Positions 27,888 to 38,050 of a DNA stretch of 64,000 bases are shown here, one piece after another (the stretch's first letter is position 1; the number at the start of each line of letters is the position of its first letter). Origin of the DNA: Candidatus Omnitrophota bacterium. GTDB lineage: Bacteria > Omnitrophota > Gorgyraeia > Gygaellales > Profunditerraquicolaceae. The stretch lies in the NCBI GenBank assembly GCA_003598025.1, contig QZKH01000003.1, positions 42,048-106,047 on the forward strand, read 5' to 3'. Below the pieces are notes generated by a model. It was not told where the DNA came from. It searched no databases and saw nothing but the letters and a program-made list of their open reading frames with translations. A program made the translations under genes and the position numbers.

Positions 27888-29525
27888 ATGGCAAAACAAT
27901 TGTTGTTCAAGGATGAGGGCCGCAGAAAGATACTCAGCGGTGTTGAGCAGCTAGCCGCAGCGGTAAAGGTTACCCTCGGGCCTAAGGGCCGTAATGTGGT
28001 AATCGATAAGAAGTTCGGTTCACCTACAATAACTAAAGACGGTGTAACCGTTGCTAAAGAAATAGAACTCGAAGATCCGTATGAAAATATGGGTGCTCAA
28101 ATGGTCAAGGAAGTTGCCGAAAAAACTTCTGATGTTGCAGGCGATGGCACTACTACTGCAACTGTCCTGACCGAGGCCATTTTTAGAGAAGGCTTAAAGA
28201 ATGTTACGGCCGGAGCTAATCCCATGGCTTTAAAAAGGGGCATTGAAAAAACGGTAGTAAAAATAGTAGAAGAATTAAGAAAACTTTCAACTCCTGTAAA
28301 AGACAAGAAAGAAATAGCCCAGGTTGCCTACATCGCCGCAAACTGTGACAAGACTATAGGCGACCAGATCGCCGAAGCGATGGATAAAGTCGGCAAAGAC
28401 GGTGTAATTACAGTTGAAGAGGCAAAATCAACGGCAACTACGCTTGAAGTAGTTGAAGGTATGCAGTTTGACCAGGGATATCTTTCTCCCTATTTTGTCA
28501 CAGATACAGAAAGAATGGAGTGCCTTTTAGAAGACCCATATATACTGATTCATGAAAAGAAAATAGCTTCTCTAAAAGACCTATTGCCTTTGTTGGAGAA
28601 GATAGCACGCAGCGGTAAACCTCTGTTAATAGTTGCTGAAGAGGTTGAAGGCGAGGCTTTAGCTACCTTAGTCGTCAACAAGATCAGAGGTACTTTTACG
28701 GCTTGTGCTGTTAAAGCTCCAGGCTATGGTGATAGAAGAAAAGCGATGCTTGAAGATATCGCTATATTGACCAATGGTAAGGCTATTACCGAAGACCTTG
28801 GTATCAAACTTGAGAATGTTGATATAAACGACCTCGGGCGCGCCAAGAGGGTAAAGATAGACAAAGAGAATACTACCATTGTTGAAGGCGCTGGTAAGAC
28901 AACAGGAATAAACGCAAGGATTAACCAGATACGTAAGCAGATCGAAGATACTGATTCTGATTACGATAAGGAAAAACTGCAGGAGCGCCTTGCTAAATTG
29001 GCAGGTGGCGTTGCAGTCATCAATGTCGGTGCTGCCACAGAAACAGAAATGAAAGAGAAAAAAGCCAGGGTTGAGGATGCGCTTCATGCAACTCGCGCAG
29101 CAGTTGAGGAAGGTATTATCCCCGGCGGCGGCGTTGCGCTTATCAGGACAATCCCGGCTTTAGAAAAATTGAAGCTTGAAAACGATGAGAAGATAGGTGC
29201 CGATATAGTAAGGCGCGCGCTTGAAGAGCCTTTAAGACAGCTTTCTCATAATGCAGGCCTTGAAGGTTCTGTTGTAGTGCAGGAAGTGAAAAAGAGAAAG
29301 ACAAATGAAGGCTTGGATGTGTCAGAAGGCAATTATGTAGACATGATTGAAGCAGGGATAATTGATCCTACAAAGGTTACCCGTTCTGCTTTAGAGAATG
29401 CCGCAAGCATTGCCGCTTTGATGCTGACAACCGAGGCTTTAATAGTAGATAAGCCTGAAAAGGAAGATAAGATGCCTCCTATGCCACCTGGTGGTATGGG
29501 TGGAGGTATGGGTGGTATGTATTGA
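27888..29525 (+). CDS. groEL: Chaperonin GroEL
   Basis: cpn60 with [15 protein letters not shown] and a C-terminal GGM repeat tail. 545 aa. Confidence 0.95.
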   Translation: MAKQLLFKDEGRRKILSGVEQLAAAVKVTLGPKGRNVVIDKKFGSPTITKDGVTVAKEIELEDPYENMGAQMVKEVAEKTSDVAGDGTTTATVLTEAIFREGLKNVTAGANPMALKRGIEKTVVKIVEELRKLSTPVKDKKEIAQVAYIAANCDKTIGDQIAEAMDKVGKDGVITVEEAKSTATTLEVVEGMQFDQGYLSPYFVTDTERMECLLEDPYILIHEKKIASLKDLLPLLEKIARSGKPLLIVAEEVEGEALATLVVNKIRGTFTACAVKAPGYGDRRKAMLEDIAILTNGKAITEDLGIKLENVDINDLGRAKRVKIDKENTTIVEGAGKTTGINARINQIRKQIEDTDSDYDKEKLQERLAKLAGGVAVINVGAATETEMKEKKARVEDALHATRAAVEEGIIPGGGVALIRTIPALEKLKLENDEKIGADIVRRALEEPLRQLSHNAGLEGSVVVQEVKKRKTNEGLDVSEGNYVDMIEAGIIDPTKVTRSALENAASIAALMLTTEALIVDKPEKEDKMPPMPPGGMGGGMGGMY

Positions 29526-29547
29526 TAAGCCAGAATATGGCTTGAAT

Positions 29548-29584
29548 AAAAAGGGGCAAGGAGAAATCCTTGCCCCTTTTTATT
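29548..29584 (+). terminator. Rho-independent terminator of groEL
   Basis: AAAAGGGGCAAGGA GAAA TCCTTGCCCCTTTTTATT. Confidence 0.8.
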
Positions 29585-29597
29585 AGAGAAATTAATA

Positions 29598-29660
29598 AGC
29601 GGGGGCACTTCTCTGGTTAGCAGGAGAAACGGTCTATGGAGAGCAGGAGAAACGGTCCTA
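29598..29660. repeat. Family-C element, right-half copy, with an internal duplication of GGAGAAACGGTC
   Basis: GGGGGCACTTCTCTGGTTAGCAGGAGAAACGGTCTATGGAGAGCAGGAGAAACGGTCCTA compared with GGGGGCACTTCTATGGTCAGTCAGAGAAACGGACCTA at 27421. Confidence 0.7.
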
Positions 29661-29785
29661 AAATAATATGTTGACAAAACTTGAATAATATTATAAAATT
29701 TTACATTCCAGCCTAAAAAAAATAGCGCAAAGGAAGGTCTTTAACTCATTGTTAATAAATAATTTATATAAAGCGAGGTAATGAT

Positions 29786-30946
29786 ATGGCAGAATGGATA
29801 GGTATAGGCAGGCGGGCAAGAAGATGTTATGGTTTTGATGAGGTAGCACTCGTACCAGGTGACAGGACTATAAACCCTACTGATGTGGATACTACTTTTG
29901 AGATCGGAGGGAAAAAATTCAAAATACCTATACTTGCAGCAGCCATGGATGGGGTAGTTGATGCTAAGTTTGCCGTAGAAATGTCTAAACTAGGCGGTAT
30001 TGCAGTATTAAATTTGGATGGTGTTCAGAGCAGGTATGATAATGCCGATGAAGTCTTAAAAAAGATAGCCGCTGCTTCTTCGGAAGAAGCAACACAGTTA
30101 ATACAGTCTATTTATAATACGCCGATTAAAGAAAAGCTGATCTCTAGGATTATCAAGCAGATAAAGAATAAAAATGGCACTGCTGCCGTAAGCTGCATAC
30201 CCGCCCATGCAGAGAAATTCGGTAAAATTGCGGTCTCATCCGGAGCTGACCTTTTATTCATACAGTCTACCGTAACCAGCACGAAACATTTGTCTAAAGA
30301 ATATAAAAGCCTTAATCTGGCTAAGTTCTGTAAAACATTTAAGATACCAGTAATAATCGGTAATTGCGTGACTTACGAAATGACTTTGGCCCTTATGGAA
30401 ACCGGCGCATCTGGCTTGTTGATAGGAGTTGGCCCGGGTGCGGCATGTACTACAAGGGGAGTATTGGGTATAGGCGTACCTCAGGTTACAGCTACTGTTG
30501 ATGCAGCTGCTGCAAGAGATTTTTACTTGAAGAGTACAGGCAGGTATGTCCCGATTATAACCGATGGAGGCATGAATAGAGGCGGGGATGTTTGTAAAGC
30601 CTTTGCTGCCGGAGCTGATGCCGTTATGATCGGCTCGAGCTTTGCCAGGGCGATTGAAGCACCCGGCAGGGGATATCATTGGGGAATGGCGACTTCAAAT
30701 GTCAATCTTCCCAGAGGCACGCGTATTTATGTAGGCACAACCGGTAAATTAAAAGAAATTTTATTTGGCCCGGCAAAAGTTGATGATGGTTCACAGAATT
30801 TAATCGGGGCATTAAAGACCTCCATGGGGTCTTTGGGCGCGTCAAATATTAAAGAGATGCATAATGTTGAAATTATAATAGCGCCTTCGATACAGACGGA
30901 AGGCAAGATATTTCAAGCCAGCCAAAGAGTGGGGATGGGCAAATGA
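29786..30946 (+). CDS. guaB: IMP dehydrogenase family protein lacking the CBS subdomain (GuaB-like)
   Basis: Catalytic loop [20 protein letters not shown] and IMPDH TIM-barrel motifs. 386 aa. Immediately upstream of guaA. Confidence 0.7.
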   Translation: MAEWIGIGRRARRCYGFDEVALVPGDRTINPTDVDTTFEIGGKKFKIPILAAAMDGVVDAKFAVEMSKLGGIAVLNLDGVQSRYDNADEVLKKIAAASSEEATQLIQSIYNTPIKEKLISRIIKQIKNKNGTAAVSCIPAHAEKFGKIAVSSGADLLFIQSTVTSTKHLSKEYKSLNLAKFCKTFKIPVIIGNCVTYEMTLALMETGASGLLIGVGPGAACTTRGVLGIGVPQVTATVDAAAARDFYLKSTGRYVPIITDGGMNRGGDVCKAFAAGADAVMIGSSFARAIEAPGRGYHWGMATSNVNLPRGTRIYVGTTGKLKEILFGPAKVDDGSQNLIGALKTSMGSLGASNIKEMHNVEIIIAPSIQTEGKIFQASQRVGMGK

Positions 30947-32484
30947 CAAGACAGACGATACTTATACTTGATTTTGGGTCGCAGTATACACAGTTGATTG
31001 CAAGGCGGGTAAGGGAGAATAAGGTTTATTCCAAAATAGTCCCGTACAATATTTCAGCTAAAGAGATAATAAGCATGGCTCCCAGAGGGATAATTTTATC
31101 CGGAGGCCCGGCCTCTGTCACCAGTAAAAAGAGCCCGTATCCTGATAAAAAAATATTCAAGCTGAAGATCCCTATTCTGGGTATTTGTTACGGTATGCAG
31201 GTTATAACCGAAATGAACGCAGGCAAGGTTAAGCAATGCCGGCATCGTGAATTTGGCAGGGCCGAGCTTTTTATTGATGATAACCGTGACCTCTTCAGCC
31301 AGATGCCAGGCAATATTACATGTTGGGCAAGCCACGGAGACCTTGTTAAAAAATTACCTTCCGGGTTTCATGCGATTGCGCATACTCTAAATGCCCCGAT
31401 AGCTGCAATCTCAAATAAAAAAACAAAGATCTATGGCGTCCAGTTCCATCCGGAGGTTACTCATACCGAAAAGGGAAGCCAGATTATAAGCAATTTCTTA
31501 TTCAGGGTCTGCGGATGTTCCGGGCGCTGGACTATGCAGTCGTTTATAAAAGAAAGCATAGAAAATATTAAAAAAACAGTGGGCAAGGATAAAGTTGTTT
31601 TAGGCCTAAGCGGGGGCGTTGATTCATCCGTGGCAGCATTATTGATACATAGGGCTATAGGTAAAAATTTAAGGTGTATTTTTATTGATAACGGTGTATT
31701 AAGAAAAGATGAGCCGCAGCAGATTAAAAGCGTATTTAAGGAGATGTTCCATTTGAACCTTGATTACGTTGACAGGAGCAAGCGTTTCTTAGAGCGGCTT
31801 AAAGGGATAACTGACCCTGAAGAAAAAAGAAAGATAATCGGCAATGAATTTGTTAAAGTTTTTGAAGAGGAGGCTCTGAAAGTAAAAGGAGTAAAATATT
31901 TAGCGCAGGGAACACTTTACCCTGATGTTATTGAATCAGTTTCAGCTTTTGGCGGCCCTTCAAGCAGGATAAAAACACATCATAATGTCGGCGGCTTGCC
32001 TGCACATATGAAGCTTAAATTACTGGAGCCTTTGCGTGAATTATTCAAGGACGAGGTCCGCCAGATCGGCAGGAACATGAATTTACCCGATGTCATAATT
32101 AACCGTCAGCCTTTTCCCGGGCCCGGGCTTGCAATTAGGATAATTGGAGAGGTTACTATTGAAAGGCTTAATTTGCTCAGGGAAGTTGACCGCAGGGTGC
32201 TGGATGAAGTAAGGAAAGCTGGGCTCTATGAACAAATCTGGCAGTCTTTTGCGGTTTTATTGCCTATTAAAAGCGTGGGGGTAATGGGTGACGAGCGTAC
32301 TTATGAGAACGTTGTGGCTCTTCGTTGTGTAACCAGCTCAGATGGAATGACCGCAGATTGGGCCAAGTTGCCGTACGAATTACTCGGCAAAATATCCAAT
32401 CGTATAATAAATGAAGTAAAAGGTGTTAACCGCGTAGTCTACGATATAAGCTCAAAGCCTCCTGCGACGATAGAGTGGGAGTAA
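30943..32484 (+). CDS. guaA: GMP synthase (glutamine-hydrolysing)
   Basis: GATase CYGMQ, N-type ATP-PPase SGGVDSSV, and the C-terminal dimerisation domain. 513 aa. Confidence 0.9.
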   Translation: MTRQTILILDFGSQYTQLIARRVRENKVYSKIVPYNISAKEIISMAPRGIILSGGPASVTSKKSPYPDKKIFKLKIPILGICYGMQVITEMNAGKVKQCRHREFGRAELFIDDNRDLFSQMPGNITCWASHGDLVKKLPSGFHAIAHTLNAPIAAISNKKTKIYGVQFHPEVTHTEKGSQIISNFLFRVCGCSGRWTMQSFIKESIENIKKTVGKDKVVLGLSGGVDSSVAALLIHRAIGKNLRCIFIDNGVLRKDEPQQIKSVFKEMFHLNLDYVDRSKRFLERLKGITDPEEKRKIIGNEFVKVFEEEALKVKGVKYLAQGTLYPDVIESVSAFGGPSSRIKTHHNVGGLPAHMKLKLLEPLRELFKDEVRQIGRNMNLPDVIINRQPFPGPGLAIRIIGEVTIERLNLLREVDRRVLDEVRKAGLYEQIWQSFAVLLPIKSVGVMGDERTYENVVALRCVTSSDGMTADWAKLPYELLGKISNRIINEVKGVNRVVYDISSKPPATIEWE

Positions 32485-32494
32485 GATTAGCTCA

Positions 32495-32632
32495 AGATTC
32501 ATAGTTGATTATTCATAGCTGAAGTCACAAAGACACCAGTCACAAAGACACAAAATTATTGATTTTTATTTTAGTTTTGTACGTTTATTTGTGACCTTGT
32601 GACATTGTGGCGTGTGTCCCATATAAACGTAT
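32495..32632. repeat. Composite repeat locus. Short family-A units followed by a family-B palindrome with an AT-rich centre.
   Basis: attcatagttgattattcatag then gtcacaaagacaccagtcacaaagacacaa ... gtgaccttgtgacattgtggcgtgtgtcc. Confidence 0.7.
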
Positions 32633-32651
32633 TTTAGCTACTATTAAATAT

Positions 32652-35600
32652 ATGCCACGAAGCGAATTTATCCACCTACATCTGCATACCCAATACAGCC
32701 TTCTTGACGGCGCATGCCGTATATCAGATCTACTGGGTTTGGCTAAGCAGTATAAAATGGATTCCCTTACAATAACCGACCACGGAAATATGTTCGGTGC
32801 AGTTGATTTCTACATGGAGGCCCAGAGGGCCGGCATCAAGCCGATAATCGGATGCGAAACTTATGTTGCCCCCGGCAGCCGCAAAGACAAGGGTTCCAGT
32901 GGTATCGATGAGGCTTCTTATCATTTAATCATGCTTGCCAAAGATGAAATCGGCTATCATAATCTTATGAAGCTGGTTTCAGTCGGTTACCTGGAAGGCT
33001 TTTATTACCGCCCCAGAATCGATAAAGAAATTTTATCACAACACTCCAAAGGCCTGATTTGTTTAACCGCTTGCCTTAAAGGCGAAATCCCCCAGTTGAT
33101 CCAGCAAAGGCGCTTTAATGATGCGCTTAAAGCCGCAGATGAATATTCTCATATTTTAGGCAAAGATAATTTCTACCTTGAATTACAGGCCAATTCTATA
33201 CCTGAGCAAAAGACCGTAAACGAGGGGCTGATTAAAATAGCAAAAGAGCTTAACCTTCCTTTAGTTGCGACAAATGACGTGCATTACCTTACGAAAAATC
33301 ACGCCAGGAGCCATGAGGCATTGCTTTGTATTCAGACGCAATCCACCCTTGATGACCCTAACAGGATGAAGTTCCAGACAAACGAATTCTATTTCAGGTC
33401 CCCCCAGGAGATGATAGAGGTATTTAAGGATGTTCCGGAGGCGATCCAAAATACGCTGGAGATAGCTTCGCGTTGCAACCTTGAACTTGACTTTTCTAAG
33501 ATACATCTGCCCAGGTATGAAACCCCCGGTAATGAGGATAAAGAAGAATTCTTGCGTAATCTTTGCGCTGATGGGTTAAAGAGAAGGTTCAACCGGCTAA
33601 CCCCGGAAATCAATGAGCGCCTTGAGCATGAACTCAAAATAATAAAAGATGCAGGATTTATAAGTTATTTTCTTATAGTATGGGATTTCATTAACTATGC
33701 CAAAAAGAACAATATTCCCACTGGCCCTGGAAGGGGCAGCGCAGCAGGCAGCCTTATAAGCTATCTTCTCGGGATCACTGATATCAATCCGTTAAAATAC
33801 GGGCTGCTATTTGAGAGGTTTCTTAATCCTGAGCGCAAAGGTCTACCCGATATTGATATTGATTTCTGCTATGAGAGAAGGCAGGAAGTCATAGAGTACG
33901 TGACTAAGAAGTATGGCCAGGAAAATGTCGCCCAGATCATAACATTTGGGACGATGCAGGCAAGGGCTGTGGTAAGGGATGTGGGAAGGGTAATGGGGAT
34001 CAGTTATGCCGACGTAGACCGTATTGCAAAAATGATACCTCCGGACCCGGGGATCAGTTTAAAGCAGGCATTAGATTCGGAAGCAGAACTTAAGAATATG
34101 TATGACAACGACCCGCAGATAAAAGAATTGATGACTATAGCCCTGCAGCTTGAGGGCCTGAACCGCCATGCATCTGTCCATGCCGCCGGTGTTGTTATTG
34201 CCGATAAGCCTTTAGATAATTATATGCCTCTTTTTAAAACCCAGGAAGACCAGATAACCAGCGGTTATAGCATGAGTATTCTGGAAAAAGTTGGCCTGCT
34301 TAAGGTAGATTTCTTAGGGCTTCGTACCCTTACCGTAATTCAGCATACAGTTGATTTGATTAAGAGAGTAAAACATATAGATGTCCACATTGATGACATA
34401 CCATTAGATGACAAAAAGACATTTCATTTATTATCCAGTGCCCAGACTGAAGGAGTCTTCCAGGTTGAAAGCTCGGGCATGAGGGATTTGCTTAGAAAGC
34501 TGCAACCTGAAAGGTTTGAAGATTTAATCGCCCTGCTGGCATTATACAGGCCTGGCCCGATAGGCTCTGGTATGCTCGATGATTTCATTCAGCGTAAACA
34601 TAACAGGGTGGAAATAAAATATCCCCACAAGAAGTTAGAGCCTATATTAAAAGAAACATACGGGATTATGGTTTATCAGGAACAGATAATGCAGACCGCT
34701 TCTGTATTGGCCGGTTTTACTCTCACCCAGGCAGATTTATTACGCAGGGCAATGAGTAAGAAAATCCCCGAAATTATGGAACAGCAGCGTAAAATATTCA
34801 TATCCGGATGCCTAAATAACGGAATAAGCGAGAGTATCGCAAGCAAGATATTTGACCTTATCGAATATTTCTCAGGTTATGGTTTTAATAAATCGCATAG
34901 CGCAGCATATGCTATGATCTCATACCGGACAGCCTATCTAAAAGCAAATTATCCCGTTGAATTTATGACTGCGCTATTGACATCTGAGCGTGACAATACG
35001 GATAAAATCGTAGAATATATTAATGAGTGCGCAAGGATGAACCTTAAGGTCCTTCCTCCGGATATTAATGAGAGCGATGCCCTATTTAGCGTAGTAGATG
35101 ATAAAACGATACGCTTCGGGCTTTTAGCAGTTAAGAATGTCGGCCTGGGCGCGATAGAATCCATAATCAATGCCAGGGCTGATTCACGCTTTAAGAGCCT
35201 GCATGACCTTTGCCAGAGAATTGATCTAAGGCTGTCTAACAGGAAGGTTTTAGAAAGCCTCATAAAATGCGGTGCCATGGATGAATTTGAAACTCCGAGG
35301 GCGCAGATGGTCGCGAATTTAGATAGATTGATTGAGTTTTCTTCAAAGATGCAAAAAGAGAAACTTACCGGGCAGCTTTCTTTCTTTGATGTAAAACTGA
35401 CCAAGGACATTTTTGATAACAACATGATAAACCTTCCGCAGGTGCATGAATGGCCTGAGCCGCAGTTATTGTCTTTTGAAAAAGAGATGCTTGGTTTTTA
35501 TGTAAGCGGCCATCCTTTAGCCCGTTATGCCGGCCAACTCAAGCATTTTGTTTCTTCGTCTACGTCCACATTAGCTACCCATGAGGATGGCCAGGACGTT

Positions 35601-36086
35601 AAGATAGTCGGCCTTATCGCAAAGGTAAAGCAGACTCTTACCCGCGCAAAACAGGAGAAGATGGCAATAGTAAAACTCGAGGACTTAGAAGGGGTTGTGG
35701 AATTGCTGATATTCCCTCAGGCATACCAGAAAATATCCCGTTTTATCCTGCCTAATACCGTCGTTTTGGTGAAAGGAAGGCTTAATCTTAAAGAGGATAT
35801 GCCAAAGATAGTTGTTAATGATATGCTGTCTTTTGAGCAAATATATAAATCAATTACAGCGGTAAATATTAACCTTACCGGCATGAAAGACACTCTTTTT
35901 GAAAGCTTGAAGGAGCTATTAACAAACTCAAGAGGCAATATTCCGATATATCTTCATATTGATACTCCGTCAAAATCAAAAGTCAAATTGGTCGTTGGCG
36001 AGGGCTTTTTTGTAGAGCCTAAGGAAGAGCTGATCAGGGGCATTGAAGATCTTATTGGCCAGGACCGCCTGACACTTACCATATAA
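32652..36086 (+). CDS. dnaE: DNA polymerase III alpha subunit. Start chosen at MPRSEFIHLHLHTQYS. The track ORF begins at 32607.
   Basis: PHP N-terminus HLHxHxxYSxLDG, polymerase core, OB fold. Confidence 0.9.
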   Translation: MPRSEFIHLHLHTQYSLLDGACRISDLLGLAKQYKMDSLTITDHGNMFGAVDFYMEAQRAGIKPIIGCETYVAPGSRKDKGSSGIDEASYHLIMLAKDEIGYHNLMKLVSVGYLEGFYYRPRIDKEILSQHSKGLICLTACLKGEIPQLIQQRRFNDALKAADEYSHILGKDNFYLELQANSIPEQKTVNEGLIKIAKELNLPLVATNDVHYLTKNHARSHEALLCIQTQSTLDDPNRMKFQTNEFYFRSPQEMIEVFKDVPEAIQNTLEIASRCNLELDFSKIHLPRYETPGNEDKEEFLRNLCADGLKRRFNRLTPEINERLEHELKIIKDAGFISYFLIVWDFINYAKKNNIPTGPGRGSAAGSLISYLLGITDINPLKYGLLFERFLNPERKGLPDIDIDFCYERRQEVIEYVTKKYGQENVAQIITFGTMQARAVVRDVGRVMGISYADVDRIAKMIPPDPGISLKQALDSEAELKNMYDNDPQIKELMTIALQLEGLNRHASVHAAGVVIADKPLDNYMPLFKTQEDQITSGYSMSILEKVGLLKVDFLGLRTLTVIQHTVDLIKRVKHIDVHIDDIPLDDKKTFHLLSSAQTEGVFQVESSGMRDLLRKLQPERFEDLIALLALYRPGPIGSGMLDDFIQRKHNRVEIKYPHKKLEPILKETYGIMVYQEQIMQTASVLAGFTLTQADLLRRAMSKKIPEIMEQQRKIFISGCLNNGISESIASKIFDLIEYFSGYGFNKSHSAAYAMISYRTAYLKANYPVEFMTALLTSERDNTDKIVEYINECARMNLKVLPPDINESDALFSVVDDKTIRFGLLAVKNVGLGAIESIINARADSRFKSLHDLCQRIDLRLSNRKVLESLIKCGAMDEFETPRAQMVANLDRLIEFSSKMQKEKLTGQLSFFDVKLTKDIFDNNMINLPQVHEWPEPQLLSFEKEMLGFYVSGHPLARYAGQLKHFVSSSTSTLATHEDGQDVKIVGLIAKVKQTLTRAKQEKMAIVKLEDLEGVVELLIFPQAYQKISRFILPNTVVLVKGRLNLKEDMPKIVVNDMLSFEQIYKSITAVNINLTGMKDTLFESLKELLTNSRGNIPIYLHIDTPSKSKVKLVVGEGFFVEPKEELIRGIEDLIGQDRLTLTI

Positions 36087-36108
36087 ACATTAATGGCATA
36101 AGTAGATT

Positions 36109-36388
36109 AGTTCATGGTTCATAGTTCACGGTTCACAGAATAGCGTTTACCAGTTGAATAGTTGGTTCGTTGAACCGAAGAAGCCTGGATTAACGAATAA
36201 ACTATTAAACGAATCAACGATTTAACTATGCTTTTCTTGTGATTTTGCGACCTTAGGCCTTCGACACTGCTCAGGCCGAGGGAGTCCTGAGCGTTTTATG
36301 GTGAGTGAAGTCGAACCAAGCCGAAGGATGTCTTTGTGACTAGATACTCTTCATGTCTATGAACTATGCTCTATGAACTGTGAACCAG
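36109..36388. repeat. Large palindromic family-A element. GTTCA-unit arm at 36109-36138 and TGAAC-unit arm at 36356-36388, enclosing about 215 bp of structured sequence.
   Basis: agttcatggttcatagttcacggttcacag ... ctatgaactatgctctatgaactgtgaaccag. The interior contains a family-B unit gtctttgtgac. Confidence 0.65.
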
Positions 36389-36421
36389 CCTACTTTACCT
36401 ACTAACTAATCCATTTTTTTG

Positions 36422-36450
36422 TTGACATCGTAACTTTCTGTTGGTATTAT
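36422..36450 (+). promoter_or_regulatory. Sigma-70-type promoter for hup (TTGACA, 17 nt, TATTAT)
   Basis: ttgaca at 36422-36427, tattat at 36445-36450. Confidence 0.65.
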
Positions 36451-36508
36451 ACTTATAAACATAACGGGCTAATTTAAAGGCTGCGTTCTTGTTTAAAAGG
36501 GGGAACAG

Positions 36509-36781
36509 ATGACAAAAAAAGATATTATTTTAAGAATATCCGATGAGACCAACATCAAACAGATTGCGGTAAAAAAGGTCGTCCAAAAGACCTTTGACTA
36601 TATTATTGAAGCTCTGATAAGAGGAGAAAAGATAGAGCTGCGTAACTTCGGTGTTTTTAAGATAAAACAAAGAAAAAGCCGTACCGGAAGGAACCCTCGT
36701 ACAGGCCAGGTAGTCCCCGTCCCTCCAAGAAAAGTGGTCATTTTTAAACCAGGCCTTGAAATGAAAAAGAAGGTTATTTAA
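36509..36781 (+). CDS. hup: HU/IHF family nucleoid-associated DNA-binding protein
   Basis: RNFGVFKIKQRKSRTGRNPRTGQVVPVPPRKVVIFKPG beta-arm. 90 aa. Confidence 0.9.
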   Translation: MTKKDIILRISDETNIKQIAVKKVVQKTFDYIIEALIRGEKIELRNFGVFKIKQRKSRTGRNPRTGQVVPVPPRKVVIFKPGLEMKKKVI

Positions 36782-36802
36782 ATTTTCCCCCTCTCCTAAG
36801 AT

Positions 36803-38050
36803 ATGCTAAAAAGAGTCCCCGGAACAAAAGATATATTACCTCAGGAAGCAGGTTTGTGGCTTCACATAGAAGAACAAAGCAGAAATATATTCAATTTGTA
36901 TAATTATCATGAGATCCGCCTGCCTTTATTAGAAGACGCAGCCCTTTTTAACAGGACCTTAGGTGCCTCTGCTGATATTGTGCAGAAGCAGATGTTTGTG
37001 ATTAAAAAGGAAGATGCCTCTTACGCTATGCGTCCTGAAGGCACAGCCTCCGTAGTAAGGGCCTATATCGAGAATAACCTTGATAAAACAAACGGGTTTA
37101 TTAAGTTATTTTATATCGGCCCGATGTTCAGGTATGAAAGGCCGCAGCGCGGAAGGTTAAGGCAATTCCATCATATAGGCTGTGAGACAATAGGCTCTTA
37201 TGACCCCTTTCTTGATGCCGAAGTCATCTCCCTCGGAGATAAATTGTTAAAATCTGCCGGTGTAACCGGTTATAAGATACATATAAACAGTTTAGGATGT
37301 GCCAATGACCGTAAGAAATTAGCTGATTATTTACGCAAAGAAATCAAGGGTAAGCTTGATAAATTATGCGCAGACTGCAGGAAAAGATTTGATGTAAATA
37401 TATTAAGGATACTGGATTGCAAGAATGAAGAATGTAAAAGCGTCCTGAAGGGTCTGTCTTTAGGCGGCAGTCATATTTGCCCTGATTGCGATACACATTT
37501 TAAGAAACTGAAAGGTTCCCTTAGCGTCCTTGGTATTAAATTTGAAGTAAACCCTTTCTTGGTGCGCGGGCTTGATTATTATACACGTACAGTTTTTGAA
37601 TTCAGGCACGATGCTTTAGGCGCGCAGGATGCCTTGGGCGCAGGCGGAAGATATGACGACCTTGTAAAGAACTTAGGCGGGCCGGACGTTGGTTCTGTTG
37701 GATTAGCCTTGGGCGTGGAAAGGATGATACTGGCCCTTGGCCGGCAAGAGGAGCAGATTACTAATAAACTTGTTTATATCATCGCTTTAGGGGAAAAGGC
37801 GCGAGATAAAGCGGTTGAAATACTGGGTTTTTTACGTGCTAATAATATTGCCTGCGATACAGATTACGAAAACAAGACTTTAAAGGCGGCTATGCGCGTT
37901 GCCAATAATCTTAATGCAAAATTTGCCTTGATAATCGGCGAAGACGAGCTAAAAGCAGGAGTTTTAACCTTGAAAGATATGGCTAATAGCCAGCAGATAA
38001 GTATAAAAGAAAGCCAGTTATTGAACGAGTTTAAAGCCAGGATGAATTGA
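36803..38050 (+). CDS. hisS: Histidine--tRNA ligase
   Basis: Class II motifs MFRYERPQRGRLRQFHHIG and GGRYD. Anticodon-binding C-terminus. Confidence 0.9.
   Translation: MLKRVPGTKDILPQEAGLWLHIEEQSRNIFNLYNYHEIRLPLLEDAALFNRTLGASADIVQKQMFVIKKEDASYAMRPEGTASVVRAYIENNLDKTNGFIKLFYIGPMFRYERPQRGRLRQFHHIGCETIGSYDPFLDAEVISLGDKLLKSAGVTGYKIHINSLGCANDRKKLADYLRKEIKGKLDKLCADCRKRFDVNILRILDCKNEECKSVLKGLSLGGSHICPDCDTHFKKLKGSLSVLGIKFEVNPFLVRGLDYYTRTVFEFRHDALGAQDALGAGGRYDDLVKNLGGPDVGSVGLALGVERMILALGRQEEQITNKLVYIIALGEKARDKAVEILGFLRANNIACDTDYENKTLKAAMRVANNLNAKFALIIGEDELKAGVLTLKDMANSQQISIKESQLLNEFKARMN

Noticed and set aside
36180-36340. Possible structured ncRNA inside the 36109-36388 element (GACCTTAGGCCTTCGAC...CCGAGGGAGTCCTGAGCG)
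   Set aside because: Could not match it to any known RNA family by eye (no RNase P, SRP, 6S or riboswitch core motifs). Left as part of the repeat element.
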